Source: Carcharhinus amblyrhynchos | Lineage: Eukaryota | Direction: 5' to 3' | Length of the DNA stretch: 64,000 nucleotides | Assembly (NCBI GenBank): GCA_965287045.1 | Contig: CBDIYR020000020.1 | Location: 496,001-560,000, forward strand | Shown here: positions 36,349-49,011 of the stretch, in pieces | How positions within the stretch are numbered: the stretch's first letter is position 1 | Layout of the letters: each line of letters opens with the position of its first letter | Notes under the pieces: generated by a model | The model's database searches: none | What the model was told of the DNA's origin: nothing | What the model saw: the letters and a program-made list of their open reading frames with translations, nothing else | Translations under genes and position numbers: made by a program

Positions 36349-37860
36349 CTAAACTGCATCCCAAAATACTTAAAATGTACCTTAACTGGATCATCTGAAA
36401 GAGGGAGAACAGAATATTGATTCAGGCTGGTCATGACGAAGTACTCATGCAGGCAGCTACTTGTTTTTGAACCATGGAAGAAAGTTTATCTCAGTACAGA
36501 GCTTTTGTCCAAAGAAAATCAATTTTGGCAATTTAAATTCTACAAAAATTGGCCTGCATTTTCCTCTTAAAATTTCCATTCATTTGTAGGCTCTAATAGT
36601 AGCTTTTTAAATACAATTGTTGTGCTACAGACTGTTCTAACTTAGTAAAATGTCACGCAATTGTACATTAAATTTTACAATAGATCTACAATGTACAGTG
36701 AATTTTCTGAAACAAAACTGGGTGCATTTCAAATTCATCTAAAGTAGAACAGTACATCACCCTGTACAGTTTTATAAACACATTTAAAGCATGCTTGGAA
36801 AAGGACAAGCAGAAACAACAAAATGTTACAAGTTCTCCGTGCCATAGCCTTAACTGTCAGTCAGACAAGACAGCTACTTTGGTGTAGCTGTTAGAATGGG
36901 GTTTTCATTGAACCGACAATTTCAACAACAATTCTAAGAAACTATATTTTTTGTTTCCTCCCACTACAAAGGTGCATAATCCACAGGATTAGTTTTACTC
37001 CATTTGGAGGCATTCAGTATAATTGCCAGACATCCAGTTTTGCACAGGACTGTCTGGTTTTTAACTAGTTGGACAATGGTCCAGTATTTTGGCCCTTAGG
37101 TTACTTACCCTTGTAAAACACTAGTAAGTCTCTAACTATTCCTTTCCCTATCCGTAGCAGACTCTATTGGGCGGGCCGCAAAATCTTGGTTTGTTTTAAT
37201 ACTTTCTTCTCACCTCCAACCTCCATGTTGCCCCAACAGCATGGAATCCCCAAAAGTGATCACATCACCCTCAAGCACAATTGCATTATCCTGTGAAAGT
37301 GTCCAGTTCTGACAGCCTGCAGCTCTGGCCACCCTACACACTGGTGGTTTCACATAGTAGTGCTTTCTTTCAACGTGCATCAAATGGAAATTCAATAATT
37401 TATGCCCCTGAAGCGTTAATACCATTTCTAAAGTTCTGAAATGCACTATCTATTTTGTTTAATTAAATGCTTCATAATCCATAGAACAGAATCCCTCTGT
37501 CTTCATTAGGCCACATCCCCCAAAACCCCACTGGCCTCAACCCACAGTTAAACCTCGGGCCTTTGTTATGATGGCAACATGAGTACCGCAGCATTGTCCT
37601 GTCCAGATAACACTCCTGTGAGGCACCAGGGCTAGACAGAACCCTCTACTCCCCAACTGCAGGCATCACTGATTTGACTGAATGATGCAGAGAGTGCATG
37701 GGTCCAGCAGCATGGTGCTGTCCATGAAGACCAGCTCAGCACAGAATTGGAGGCAGGAACCATTTGTCCCAGCAGTATGGTGAACAGCGCATTAGGAGCA
37801 ACATAGCAGTATGGCAGAAACTTGTTGCACTCACCCTGAAGTCTCTGGTAAACTGAAGTC

Positions 37861-38160
37861 TGTTAGAAGTCTCACAATACCAGGTTAAAGTCCAGCAGGT
37901 TTATTTACTGAAGACCGCCTTGTGCATGATACTCATACCTAATCGGGGCTGATGTCGGCGTAAATTTCTGGTGGGGTAACACGTGATTGAAAGGCCTGAT
38001 GGGATGGCAGCGAGTAGCTGTTTGAATGAGTATTCATGTGGTACAAAAGAATGTAAATGCCATTTGTGCCATCTCCCAGCAGGAAGAGAAACCTGCCATT
38101 GGGAGAATTGATGTGGATGTGCCGGCGTTGGACTGGGGTAAACACAGTAAAAAGTCTGGT
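37861..38160. mobile_element. Two fragments of the Penelope-like family seen at 15017
   Basis: agaagtctcacaataccaggttaaagtccagcaggtttattt (37865-37906) and tgatgtgga..gccggcgttggactggggtaaacacagtaa (38109-38150). Confidence 0.75.
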
Positions 38161-38844
38161 GTTGTCAGACTTTTTAACTGGGAGAATTGCCATGGGATTT
38201 TACTCTGGAAGATTTCTGATTTTTTGGGTCATGCAAGATTCAGCACATTCGTCCACCACCAAACCTGGGAGAATTCCACCCCTGATTTCAAACTAAACTC
38301 CCCCCTATAAACTGAGTGATGCCAGTTTAAGGAGTTCTTTTCTCAGAAAGGATTTATAAGTCAAGTGAGGTGCTCTGAATAAAATGGATGGAGGAGAGTG
38401 GTTGGGGTGTAAAGGCAACATTGGAGTGGATTTCCAAGGCATTTTCAGTGCTCCTTGTCGCTGGGGGGTGTGGGGGAGGAGAATGAAGGTGATGGGGCAG
38501 CTGGGAAGACAATGTTATTGCATTGGTATAAAGATTTCTGTTTATCCATTTGTTGTACTTTGACACAGACAGATATTTATGGGCTTATATCTCTTGAGTA
38601 CCGTGTCAGATTGTCATGGAGGGATGTGGTTCATTGGAAAGTGCTGATTCTCGCGTGTACTGCATTACTGAATTGACCCTGAAAGAGTAAAATTACAAAA
38701 CTGTACCCCAAGCAACTTGGGAACAGAACACTGGATTCCTCCAGATCAATGGCAGGTAAAGGGTCTAAAGCAGCAGTTGCTGGTTGCATCTCAGTTCAGT
38801 CGAAGGACAGCAGAGAGAGAAGAAACCATTTTCCTCTTCATGCT

Positions 38845-38995
38845 GGTAGGATCTCCTGGTCCCGCTGATGGCATGTTTTTCCCGGCAGAGTGGGGAGGAG
38901 CCACTGGGAAGTCCCAGTGAGAGCAGCAGGACTAGAAGATCCCGCCACCTCCCATTGCCGAGAAGAATGTAGCGGATAGGCCAAAGAATCCCGGC
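38845..38995. mobile_element. Short MITE-like element
   Basis: Internal ggactagaagatccc motif shared with 49012-49126; terminal gaatcccggc. Confidence 0.45.
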
Positions 38996-40774
38996 GCATA
39001 TCTTTCTTATGCCTGTCAGGTCATGCCCAGTTATATTTCTTGCTATCAATTCTTGTTATGAATGATGTGTGCATTCAGATAAACAGCCTTTAGAAACGTA
39101 TTTTACCATTTTTATTTATTCTGACCCTACTTGATCTGGCCCAGCTCTGGACTTCCACCAACCTACCCCACAGTGAGAAAAGGGTGAACTGCAGTTTTCA
39201 ACAGCTAATTCAAAGAAAAAAATCTTTCACTCTGCCAACCTTAATTCCCAGGGACAATGCAGGTCGAATCAATTATTGTTGGTGAGTTATAGATTCTGTT
39301 ACTGTTTGAGCTTCACTAAAAAAAACTGTCTTAAGTAGAAGCAGGGATCTATGCACTGCTATTAATATCATGGATAGGACAGTTTGTTGAGACTCTGTCG
39401 CAGGTAAGCGTCTCAAACCTTGACTGTCCTCAATCAAGTTCCAACACTCTGTATTCGGCCAATCAGGGTGTTGCTTTCAAACACTGATCAAATTTCAAAG
39501 ACAGCATTTTTCTTCTTCTAGAGTGGCTAGCCTTAATTTAAAGTCTGTTGACACTTGAAGCAACGTGGCAGTCACATCGACTGTTCTAATGAGTGAAGAT
39601 TTCTGTTAAGTCTAGTGAAGGTCATGACCTATGCTTCCTATTCAGAAGTTTCAGGATCCCACGCACCTTATACTGCCCTCTCTTCATGAATAGCCTCTTC
39701 CAAAAAATACTTTGGTACTTAAAAGCAGAATTTTTTTTGTAGGAGGCTGAACACAACTTTTAGCCAACAAATAACATCTTTTCAACAGACTTGATATTGT
39801 GTGGTGAGAGAAATTTAACAAGTGTGCAAAGGCCAAACTATGATACATCCTTGAGAACAGATTAGCAATATTCCTTTTCAATCAGCTCACCGTGCACCTC
39901 ATATTTATATTTTACAATAAATCTCTACTTCTTAGGGATTCATGTTAGGATTGCAGTGGTTCTCAAAGTCTGTATAAAACTGTGACTTCTGGTATTTATT
40001 GTTTGTTCTCAGATGTGTTTTAAATGAAGAAAATTCCAATATAAACCAATGAAATACAGTTTTTCTGGCCTGAATGGGATTTCCAAGCTCACTGACACTC
40101 TGAAAAGATGGGTGCTTCAATTAGATATGAATAAGAAAAGTTTATTTTTGAGTGGCGTCATTGAATCTTTCATGTTGCTTTAAGTAATTAAGTAAGGATT
40201 TGGTTTAAAGGCACCCCCGATATCTCCTTTATGGGGGCCGTAAATTGGATTCAAGTGGAATTTGTATTTGGTTCTTAGATCAAACAAGGTATGGATTCGC
40301 ATCTGCGGTCCACTCTTGAGCACTGGCTTTGTAACTTTAAAAAGAGTAAAAAATTTTAAAAACGGAGTAAACAAAATTTAAAAACAATGTAGCATTCCTC
40401 AGTTATAACAGTACATTCAGTAAAATTTAAAGACAGCTACATCTTGACTTTTAAAAAAAAATACCCAGTCTCATACAGACTAGAATTAATGCCTCTCCCA
40501 AGAGGTTGGAGTTGTAGGCGGTGTGAGAAGGGGTGTGTGATTGGGCAGTAAAATGCTGTGTGGAGAACCCAGTGCCTTCCTGCTTACCTTCTATTAAATC
40601 CATGGCAGTTGTTTCCAATTTTCCTGCCCAAAGGCCTTTAAGAGGGCATTTGAAGGACTAATCCCGTTACAGTTGTTATTTAATGAGTAGCAAGCCAGGG
40701 CCTTGCAAAGTAGGCCCACCAGCAGGATAACCCTGGCAGGTAGACCAGGGGCCTGGTGAACTGAGCGCTTGCTC

Positions 40775-41013
40775 AACCATTCCAGAGGGCAATCACATGT
40801 AGGCCATGCCAGTTAAGGACAGATTTCATTTCCTAAAAGGACATTAGTGAATGAGATGGGTTTTTACGACAATTGATGGTCATCACAAGACTACTAATTC
40901 CAGATTTTTACTGAATTCAAATTTCACCATCTGTCAGTGTGGGATTCAAACTGGGTTCCCACAGCATTACCCCGGGTGTCTGGATTTGATCTAGAGACAA
41001 CAGTACTGTGCCA
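40775..41013 (-). mobile_element. tRNA-derived SINE (family of 56545-56868)
   Basis: gggattcaaac (B box, rc), ctgaattcaaatttcacca, ggacattagtgaa..agatgggttttt. Confidence 0.75.
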
Positions 41014-41049
41014 ACGCAGTGTTACAAGAGGTGAACGGGAGAAAATAAC

Positions 41050-41345
41050 AAAATAATCAACCCGCAGGAAAAGGTGTTCGGAGAACTATTAGATCTAAAG
41101 GCTGACAAAACCCCATGACCAGATGGCCTGCATCATAGGACCTTAAAGGAAGCAGCTGCAGAGGTAGTGAATGCATTGGTTATAATCTTTCAAAATTCCA
41201 TAGATTCTGCAGGGATCCCGGTAGATTGGAAATTAACTAACGTAACATCTTGTTCTTGAAAGGGAGACAGAGAGCAGGTAACTACAGGCCATTCAGCATA
41301 GGGAAATTACTAGAAGCCATCATGAAAAAAGTTACTGCTGGAGAC
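41050..41345 (+). mobile_element. Old CR1 RT N-terminal fragment
   Basis: LKADKTP*PDGLHHRTLKEAAAEVVNALVIIFQNSIDS..PVDWK..GNYRP. Confidence 0.85.
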
Positions 41346-42049
41346 TAAGCCATCTTTTTTTTCTTCAAAAGTATTGTCATTGTCTAAACCTAAGTTGACC
41401 TCATTTGTTTCCCTCCTATTTTCTGGCTGCTGTTTGAAAAGAGGATTTCTGTCTTATAACAGTGACCTTCTCTCTTCATTCCACCCCCTTTTGGATTTGT
41501 GGTACCTCCATCCGCATGCACATGGTATCATTTAAGCAGAGGTACAGGAGGAGTAGATTCTTTTTTCCAAATCCTATTATGACATCCTTAAGCCTAATTC
41601 AGCAGGGTAGAAATTAATCTTAGGAGGCAGTAAAAAAGACATCAATGCATTTGTCATTGTTATATAGCCCATTGTTATTCAGCTCTATTGAACTAAATGG
41701 GATTGAGCATCGAGCTCGGCAGATAACATGAAGCTGATAGAACACCTTGTATTTTGCACCACTACAAGAAAAATTTTTACCTCTATCTTTAAACTTTCCA
41801 ACATTGACATTAATTAATCATGGAAAGGTTTGGTAAAGTGCAATTTAGATAATATAAGAAACAATGACTGTTTACAAAAAAGATCAAAATTTTCAAGATT
41901 GGTTTACAGCTTGAACTCATTCTTGGTATTGTATTGATAATATGTTATTGTTTTTTATGTTTGTCCATTCAAATTTTGACACATTTATGTCTGACAATCA
42001 CCAATGAATATTTTCTTAAAATTTGATGACACTTTATTTTGAAACTAAT

Positions 42050-42222
42050 TCTAGATTTCCCCATGACCAGCATCTATCGTGTCATACCCCTTCATAAATA
42101 AGATCACCTCCCATTCTCCTAAAATCCAATGAGTACAGGCCTGCTCAACTTTCATGCTTAAGAGAACCCCCTCATCCCAGGGATCAGTCCAGTGAATCTT
42201 CTTTGAACTGCTTCCAATGCAA
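42050..42222 (-). mobile_element. Old CR1 3' fragment
   Basis: rc gives ALEAVQRRFT.LIPGMR..SY..L.RL.LYSL..RRMGGDL-like sequence. Confidence 0.75.
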
Positions 42223-43834
42223 TGGGAGTTTAATCTTAAAATATTAATAGAAAGAACCAAGTTAAACTGCAATCACACACAAAAATATGCATATTTCACA
42301 TCAATACAAAAACACTAACTAAATCCTCTCTCAGCAATCCCAATCTCCAATATAATGAGGGTCACAAAAATCTAAAAGATGGCTCCAGATCTATTAGATT
42401 TGGAGTGATAGTTCAATTTTCAGCATGTCTGGCTATCTGTTTACATAAGCAGGAAACAATTAAACTCCATCTTTATATCATGAGCTCCAGTTAGTTATTT
42501 AATTGCCTAAAGCTGTTGTAACTCTCCTGATGAGTGTTTTTTTTTAAAAAAGACTTTGAGGAAAAGGTTTAAGCCATTTTCAGCTGCCCTGTTTGAAACA
42601 ATCCAATTTTTCCAAAATTTGACAATAAAAACTCTTACTATTCCCTTTAAGAATTTGATAGGTGAACATATAAATAGAAGTATCCTACCAATGGCATGAG
42701 AAACAAATGAGAATTTTAATAATTGCCCATAATGGGAGTCCACTAATCTAGCTTTCCAGAATTGCAAAACATATTATTGTTCCTTTTTTGAAATGTAACT
42801 ATTAATGTGGTGAGGCAGATTTGTGAAACAAAAATGTTTTTTAAAGGAGCTGTTAGGCTGAATTTTAATTAGCCCTTATGGACAAGGTTAAAAAGGTGGC
42901 AGGCCAGCAAAATAACACCAGAAGGTATTGGGTGGCATTGCTGATGTTTTCCTGCCACCATGCCATTCAGCTAACAGTGGGAGAGGTGATAGACCACCTG
43001 CCATGGACTCAATTGAATCACTTAAGTGGCCCAATAAGGTCCTCTTTATGTCTTATTGCCAGAGCTGGTGGGATGACTGTCAAGGGAAATTGGGCATCCA
43101 CCCAGCTGGCTCTGCAGGAGCAGGGCACAGGCCTCCTTTGTGGACCCTCGATGGCTCACAACAAGGCTCCGTAGCAGCAGTAGCTGCCCCCACGGCATTG
43201 GCACTGCCGTCCTTAACGGGACCACAACCCCAGTAATGGTCACTTACTTGGGTCCCGCCAATTGTCTAAATGGGATCACCTCTTGCTTTCAACTCCAACA
43301 GTAAGACCTCAGCCATCCCAGTTAAATTAGCTCTTTCTTTGCTCAGGCTAAATATGAATTCTTCAGGCAAGGTGTATTTAAAGAGCCTCTAAAAGAGATA
43401 AATAGCAGGCGATTAAGTAACCCTCTGGCTAAGTGATTATGTATAAATTGCAATCAGCAATCATACTGAAACTACATTTTGGCTCAACTTATTAGCAAAC
43501 ATTCAGAATGATGACAAATATCAAGTACAGATTATTGGTGTTATGGGAACATAAAAACATATATTTTCACTGAACAGATGGGAAATATGATCAGGAAGTA
43601 TGGGGCAGTCAGTGAAGGTATAAACAATTAAATGGATAAAATCTGCCCTAACGCATCAGTTTGTTTTTCAATTCTGATTTGGTACAAGGTTCTGTTTTTG
43701 ATGGTCAGGCAATTTCATTATGAAAGTTAACAACGATTAAGAGATGCTTCATCTTTAAATCAAAGCGAGTCACACCTAAAAGAATGTACACTTTCTATGT
43801 TTTCCAAGTCATAATAATTACTTAGTGCAAAAAA

Positions 43835-44122
43835 AACACTGCTGAACCTGAAATCAGGCACACAGTGCTAGAAATGGCTAGTGGACTTCATGCGGTAGAC
43901 AAATCTGCTGAACAAAAGTAACCGAAATTTTGACAAATCTTTGAGGTTTAAAACTGCATCATCATTTTAGGTCTACATGGGCTGTAAGTTACCAGCACCT
44001 TCTAACCAAAGGTCATCAACTTGAAATGCTAACCTTATATTTCTCACTCCACAGATTCTACTTGACTTACAGAATGTTTCCTGTCTCTTCATTTCAGATT
44101 TCCATCAGATGCAGTATTTTAC
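43835..44122. mobile_element. Second Penelope-like short element with inverted ends and a degenerate hammerhead
   Basis: ctgctgaacctgaaat...gaaat at the left end vs atttcagatttcca..gatgcagtatttt at the right end; tctaaccaaaggtcatcaacttgaaatgctaacc at about 44001-44034. Confidence 0.6.
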
Positions 44123-44289
44123 ATTCAAGATATACACCCCTTCCCCCCATTTTTCCTAACCACATTAATAATTATTAATGGCTTGATAAAGGAATAAGTT
44201 ATTACCATTTTAGAAGAAGATATAGTCATATCTGGATTGGGAGATAATTCTAGAAATAAGTTCCTTTGAGCCCCCATTAAAAAGAGAGT

Positions 44290-44561
44290 GAAGTAGTTGT
44301 TTTGGTGGCCACGGAGGACATGGGACGTCATTAATTGATCTCCCCATGGGTTTCATGGGATATGGGTTACCCAATTGAGCAAGCAGGAGCTCACCCAATG
44401 AGAGACGAGCAGCAAGAGTTTAATACCCACACTCACAGCCTGGACCACAGGTTATACAGAGCCAGAGCACAGGTCTTCATGATTTGTTGCAAGTTACAGA
44501 CGCCTTTTGTTTTAATAAAGCAGTGTTGTGCTGGAGGTCTGCCCTCAATGAAGTTATTACA
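44290..44561 (+). mobile_element. Possible LTR remnant
   Basis: Purine tract aaaaagagagtgaag upstream, CCAAT motifs, aataaa near the end, terminal ttaca; no partner LTR found. Confidence 0.35.
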
Positions 44562-44659
44562 GTAGCCTAGTGGTTTACTAGTACTCCAAAAACCTGGATG
44601 GCAAATCTAAAGACATGGATTTAAATCCCACCATGGCAGCTAGGGAATTTCAATTCAAG

Positions 44660-45190
44660 TCCCTTCAAGTTCTCTTCCAAGCCACACTCGGAACTATATT
44701 ATCGTTTATTCACTGTCAGTGAGTCAAAATCATGGGACCCCCTTCCTAACAGCATTGAGTGTACCTAAACCACATGAAAGACAGAACAAAGCAGTTGACC
44801 ACTGGGTTCTCAAGGGTGAACATGTTAAGAAGTCTCACAACACCAGGACAAAGTCCAACAGGTTTATTTGGTAGCAAAATCCACTAGCTTTTGAATGCAA
44901 ATCTTTACCTGTAAAGATTCCCATTCCAACCATTATTTTGTAAATCGAGTTTATGAATTTATTGCCCTGTTTGTGAACAGCACTCCCACTTACCCGATAA
45001 AGGAGCAGTGCTCCGAAAGCTAGTGGATTTTACTACCAAATAAACCTGTTGGATTTTAACATGGTGTTGTGAGACTTCTTCCTGTCTTTACCCCAGTCCA
45101 ATGCCAGCATCTCCACATCATTCTCAAGGTGATCAGGGTTAGGCAATAAATGCAGACCTTGCTTGCAATGCCCACATCCAATGAATGAAC
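44660..45190 (+). mobile_element. 3' end of the second CR1-like family, interrupted by a Penelope-like element
   Basis: caagttctcttccaagccacac..gtcaaaatcatgggacccccttcctaacagcattg ... ggcaataaatgc..aatgcccacatccaatgaatgaa. Confidence 0.75.
44826..45120 (+). mobile_element. Penelope-like fold-back element with a TSD of about 12 bp
   Basis: Same termini as the 15017 element; TSD ttctcaagg(g)tga at 44807-44819 and 45121-45132; hammerhead remnant ccgataaaggagcagtgctccgaaagctagtg. Confidence 0.87.
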
Positions 45191-45838
45191 AAAATCAAAT
45201 GTATTGCAACTAATTGAAGAACGAACAATTTCTATCTTATAGATTTGTGTTCACTTTACTCAAAATGTTCCAAACCAAAAAAAAAGTTTTCTCTACAGCC
45301 AAACAATTATTTCCAACACATATAATGCACCTTTTTCTGTAAAGAAATGTAAATAAAATCACAATTTAGCTTAAATTAACATACTAATGCAAAGCTTGGG
45401 TGATCTCAAAATTTCTGCTATAGTGTATATATATATATACACATATATCTATCCACACACGTGAGAGAGAAGAGACTGCGATTGAGGGGAAGAACAGAAA
45501 GTAACCTAGTGGTAAACCCAAAAACAGTTATTGTAATGTTGTGGGAGACAGTCAACCATATTAAAACCAGACACCACTAGTGATGGTTTCATCCAAAACC
45601 AGAGACCACAGACCACTGTCTGTCTTTGTATTTTCTTCCATTCAATTTACAGTACAAAGCTGCTTTTGAAAGCCACTCAATACATTTGAGGTTTCACCAT
45701 CTTGCAGGTAAGATTTCTCATTTACAATGCAGGGATTTTATCTGCTCCTGACTGTACAAAGACTTTATTCTGTTACCTGCTGATATTGTAAAGCCTACTT
45801 TGCTTTTATGTAAAGAGAGAAAATATAGTAAAATCCTA

Positions 45839-45972
45839 GGGTGGAATTTTACTGTCCTGCTCGACAAGGGAATCGTAGCGGGTGGGTGGGGTGTAAGGAA
45901 CCATGCAAAGATCTGTTAACCTCGGGTGGGATTTTCCAGCTTTGGAGTAAGCACGGCTGGAAAATCTCACCC
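45839..45972. mobile_element. MITE of about 134 bp
   Basis: TIRs gggtggaatttt / aaaatctcaccc, flanked by cta / ctg; relative at 60947-61070. Confidence 0.65.
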
Positions 45973-47239
45973 CTGGTGTTTTCCCTATCCCACCACACAA
46001 CACACGCAAAGCTGTACTCCAACTACGGAGGAGGCATCGAATTAGTAAATGCATTGCTGATATAGGGAAAAGCAGGATGGGCTTGCAATAGTGAGAATGG
46101 CGGTAAACAAAACTGCTAACATTAGACTTATTTTTCACATAATTTAGCGTGTGAGAAAACAATGATTAAAACCACGTCTGGCACCTCTTGACTTTCTGAA
46201 AACCGCCGAAACAGACACATTCCACACCCTCCTCACCCCACCCCAAAAAATCTACTATTTAAAATTTGCACAAGTTGCAGCAGGTTGAGTGAATTCTGAA
46301 ACAGAATTCACCTTGGGACTGTTTTCTAACATAAATGGGGGCATTATTTTTCCCTGTATCGTTTGTACCAAATTATTTCCATACTTGTTTTGTAAACAAA
46401 ATTTGTTTTAAAGCTCACAATGTTAAGGATATGGTGCTCCTAAAAATTTACACAATAACTTATTTTTAAAAACTGCTGTGGTTTGAATTCTGAAAGTAAA
46501 CATGATCATTTAGAGACTATTCAGGGCCCCATTCTCCACCACATGTAGCACTCAGTTTTAAACTACGTTTTTTTGTTTAAACCCTTCATCTCATGCACAA
46601 TATATTACCAGAGACAGTCCACTCTGCACAGCTGCAATAAAGACACCATCTGGTACTCAGAACAGCAAATGGAATCTCAAGAAGAATGACTTAAAGACAA
46701 CAGAGCTTTTTTTGGTTTGTTTTCCCCTTTTCAAATTATTTCAACTCCACCCCCAAAGAAACACGATGCTCAACTGACACACGCAACAAAAAGCAAGGTA
46801 TTGATCACAATGGTTGCCTCCATTTATACAACAGAAAATTGATAAAATTTGCAGGTCCTGCTGCAGCTGTGAATCATGTTTCCATGTTCAAATATTAGTT
46901 CCAAACTGCTTACTGAATTGTGAGATTACCTAGAATGTAATCAATCAATTTCAAATGCAGAGTGGGGCAGGAGGAATATTAATGGGGGATGGAGAAATAA
47001 ACTTTGTTTCAGAAGCCAGTCAGTCATTTTAATCAGACTGGGCACCAAACTCTCCTTTCTCACTGGCAGTGGTGGCAACATCAGAGAATTCAGCCAAAAT
47101 ATTTCTTAAATTGTTGATCTCTATACATACTGCCTATTGAAGAATTGTGTGCAAATACTATTGTACAGAAAATACTCCAGAAGCTCACTTCTGTAATGTA
47201 ACATCTGGAGCACCCAGAACAAAAAAGTGAAATGCTTAC

Positions 47240-47310
47240 CTGAGTATAGACACCAAAGGAAACATTGACAGCACATGGAAGAAAAGGAAAATACACCATT
47301 AGTTTATTTC
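47240..47310 (-). other. Candidate 71-nt exon
   Basis: rc: ttttattgatatttcAG|gaaat...actcag|GTAAGC; one open frame (NKLMVYFPFLPCAVNVSFGVYTQ); no protein recognised. Confidence 0.3.
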
Positions 47311-49011
47311 CTGAAATATCAATAAAAGTATACAAGATTCTTCCAAAACCCTTTGCATTTGCATGACTGAGGAATACTTGATTTTGCCACACCTGCAGCT
47401 CCATAGTTTGGATTGAAGTCTCTGCCATTTCTGATTTCATGCTTTCTACTTTGATGTATATTCAACAATATTTATGATAAATTTGGCAGAAGACCTCAGG
47501 AGATTTCAAAACTTGTGCAGGTACCAAAGATTAGAACAAAACAAAGGATCGTCTTCATATAGTATTTTCTCCACACCATATTTTAGGTGTCTGTTTAATA
47601 TAAAATGAACCAAATTATACAGCGAACATCCTTGCTGTATATGGCAATTTGAACTTCATAGTAGAAGGATGTAGACAATATATTGTATATGTATTGCAAA
47701 TGGTAAACTCTGCTTAATCTTTGCTGAACATACAGCCTACTGCAAGCGAATGAAATTTGAATAACTTTGTAAACAGGTTCTTTAATTCAATTAAACTATA
47801 AAAGCAATGAATCGTTCTGTTAGCGATTTTTTGCTCACAATCAACCTGTACATAGGACCATTTGGAAAAGGATACAGATACAGTTTGAGCTACTCAAAAC
47901 CCATTGATTCACTCTACATTGTTAAGTTACCATTAATATGCAATGGAGTTATGCAACAGAAGTGCGTGCAACTGCCTTTCTGATAATTGGCCCAGGAAAT
48001 GTTTTTTTCCCCCCAAGCCTAATTAGGTCTTTAATGAATCCCATATTTTTTTGCCTTTGCACCTTTTTGATGTTTCTCACTCGATAGCTTTGAGGATTTA
48101 GGCTCCGCAGTAGGGGGTTGTAATCACTACCCGAAGGATGATCAGAGCTGAATTAAATCTTAGGGCTGGCAAAAGAGCAATCTGGATAGTACCAAAGCTT
48201 TCATAGAAATATATAATTAAATTTGCTTTCTCCCCTACATGTTAGTATATGTCCAAAAGTTTTGTTATTCCCAATGTTTAAATATAGGTAGAAGTACAGT
48301 AGGCAAAAGGGTTATAAGACCATTGCTGCTTTGAAGTGATATACAGCTCCATTGTTGCTGAACCATTCCACTCCCACCCCCTACAAGAAACTGTAGTGAC
48401 CAGAAAAGGTTATGACCTTTTGAACCAATGGACTCTGTCTCATATCACATGTGAACAGATAACAATTTGTGTATTCCTCTTATCATCAATCATAACTCGA
48501 CTAATTTACTGGGTTGCCAAATCATTTGAACTTGCCACTCAAATCAACTACGTTCAAAACTCAGTTATAATTTGCCCATTCCAAATTTGAGTACTCCAAT
48601 TACCTCCTTCCACCAGGCTAGTTTGAGCTGCACTGGTAAAGTAAGCTGCTATATTAGATGAAATATTCTAAGAGCCAAGTGATAGTACAATTTATTAAAA
48701 ATATTCTGTGTGTTAATATCTGTGGAGAGATTGGCATGAAGATGGGAAGGATATGCAGGCTGTAAATGTAATGGGATATGAAAACCAAAGGCTAAAATCT
48801 CTTCAGAGCTTAGGTACAATGGGACAGTGTGTAATGTGGGTGGAAGAGGTTCAGAAGTGCAAAATATTTCGGGAACCAGCAATGTCAGATTCATCTTTCA
48901 CATGAGCTGATAAGTCAGATTTTGAGGCAAGTGGCAGTACCACCTACCTTGAGAAAGGTCTGATGTCAAAAAGGAAAACGGCAAAAGCAATGTATTCCCA
49001 AGCAAATTGGT

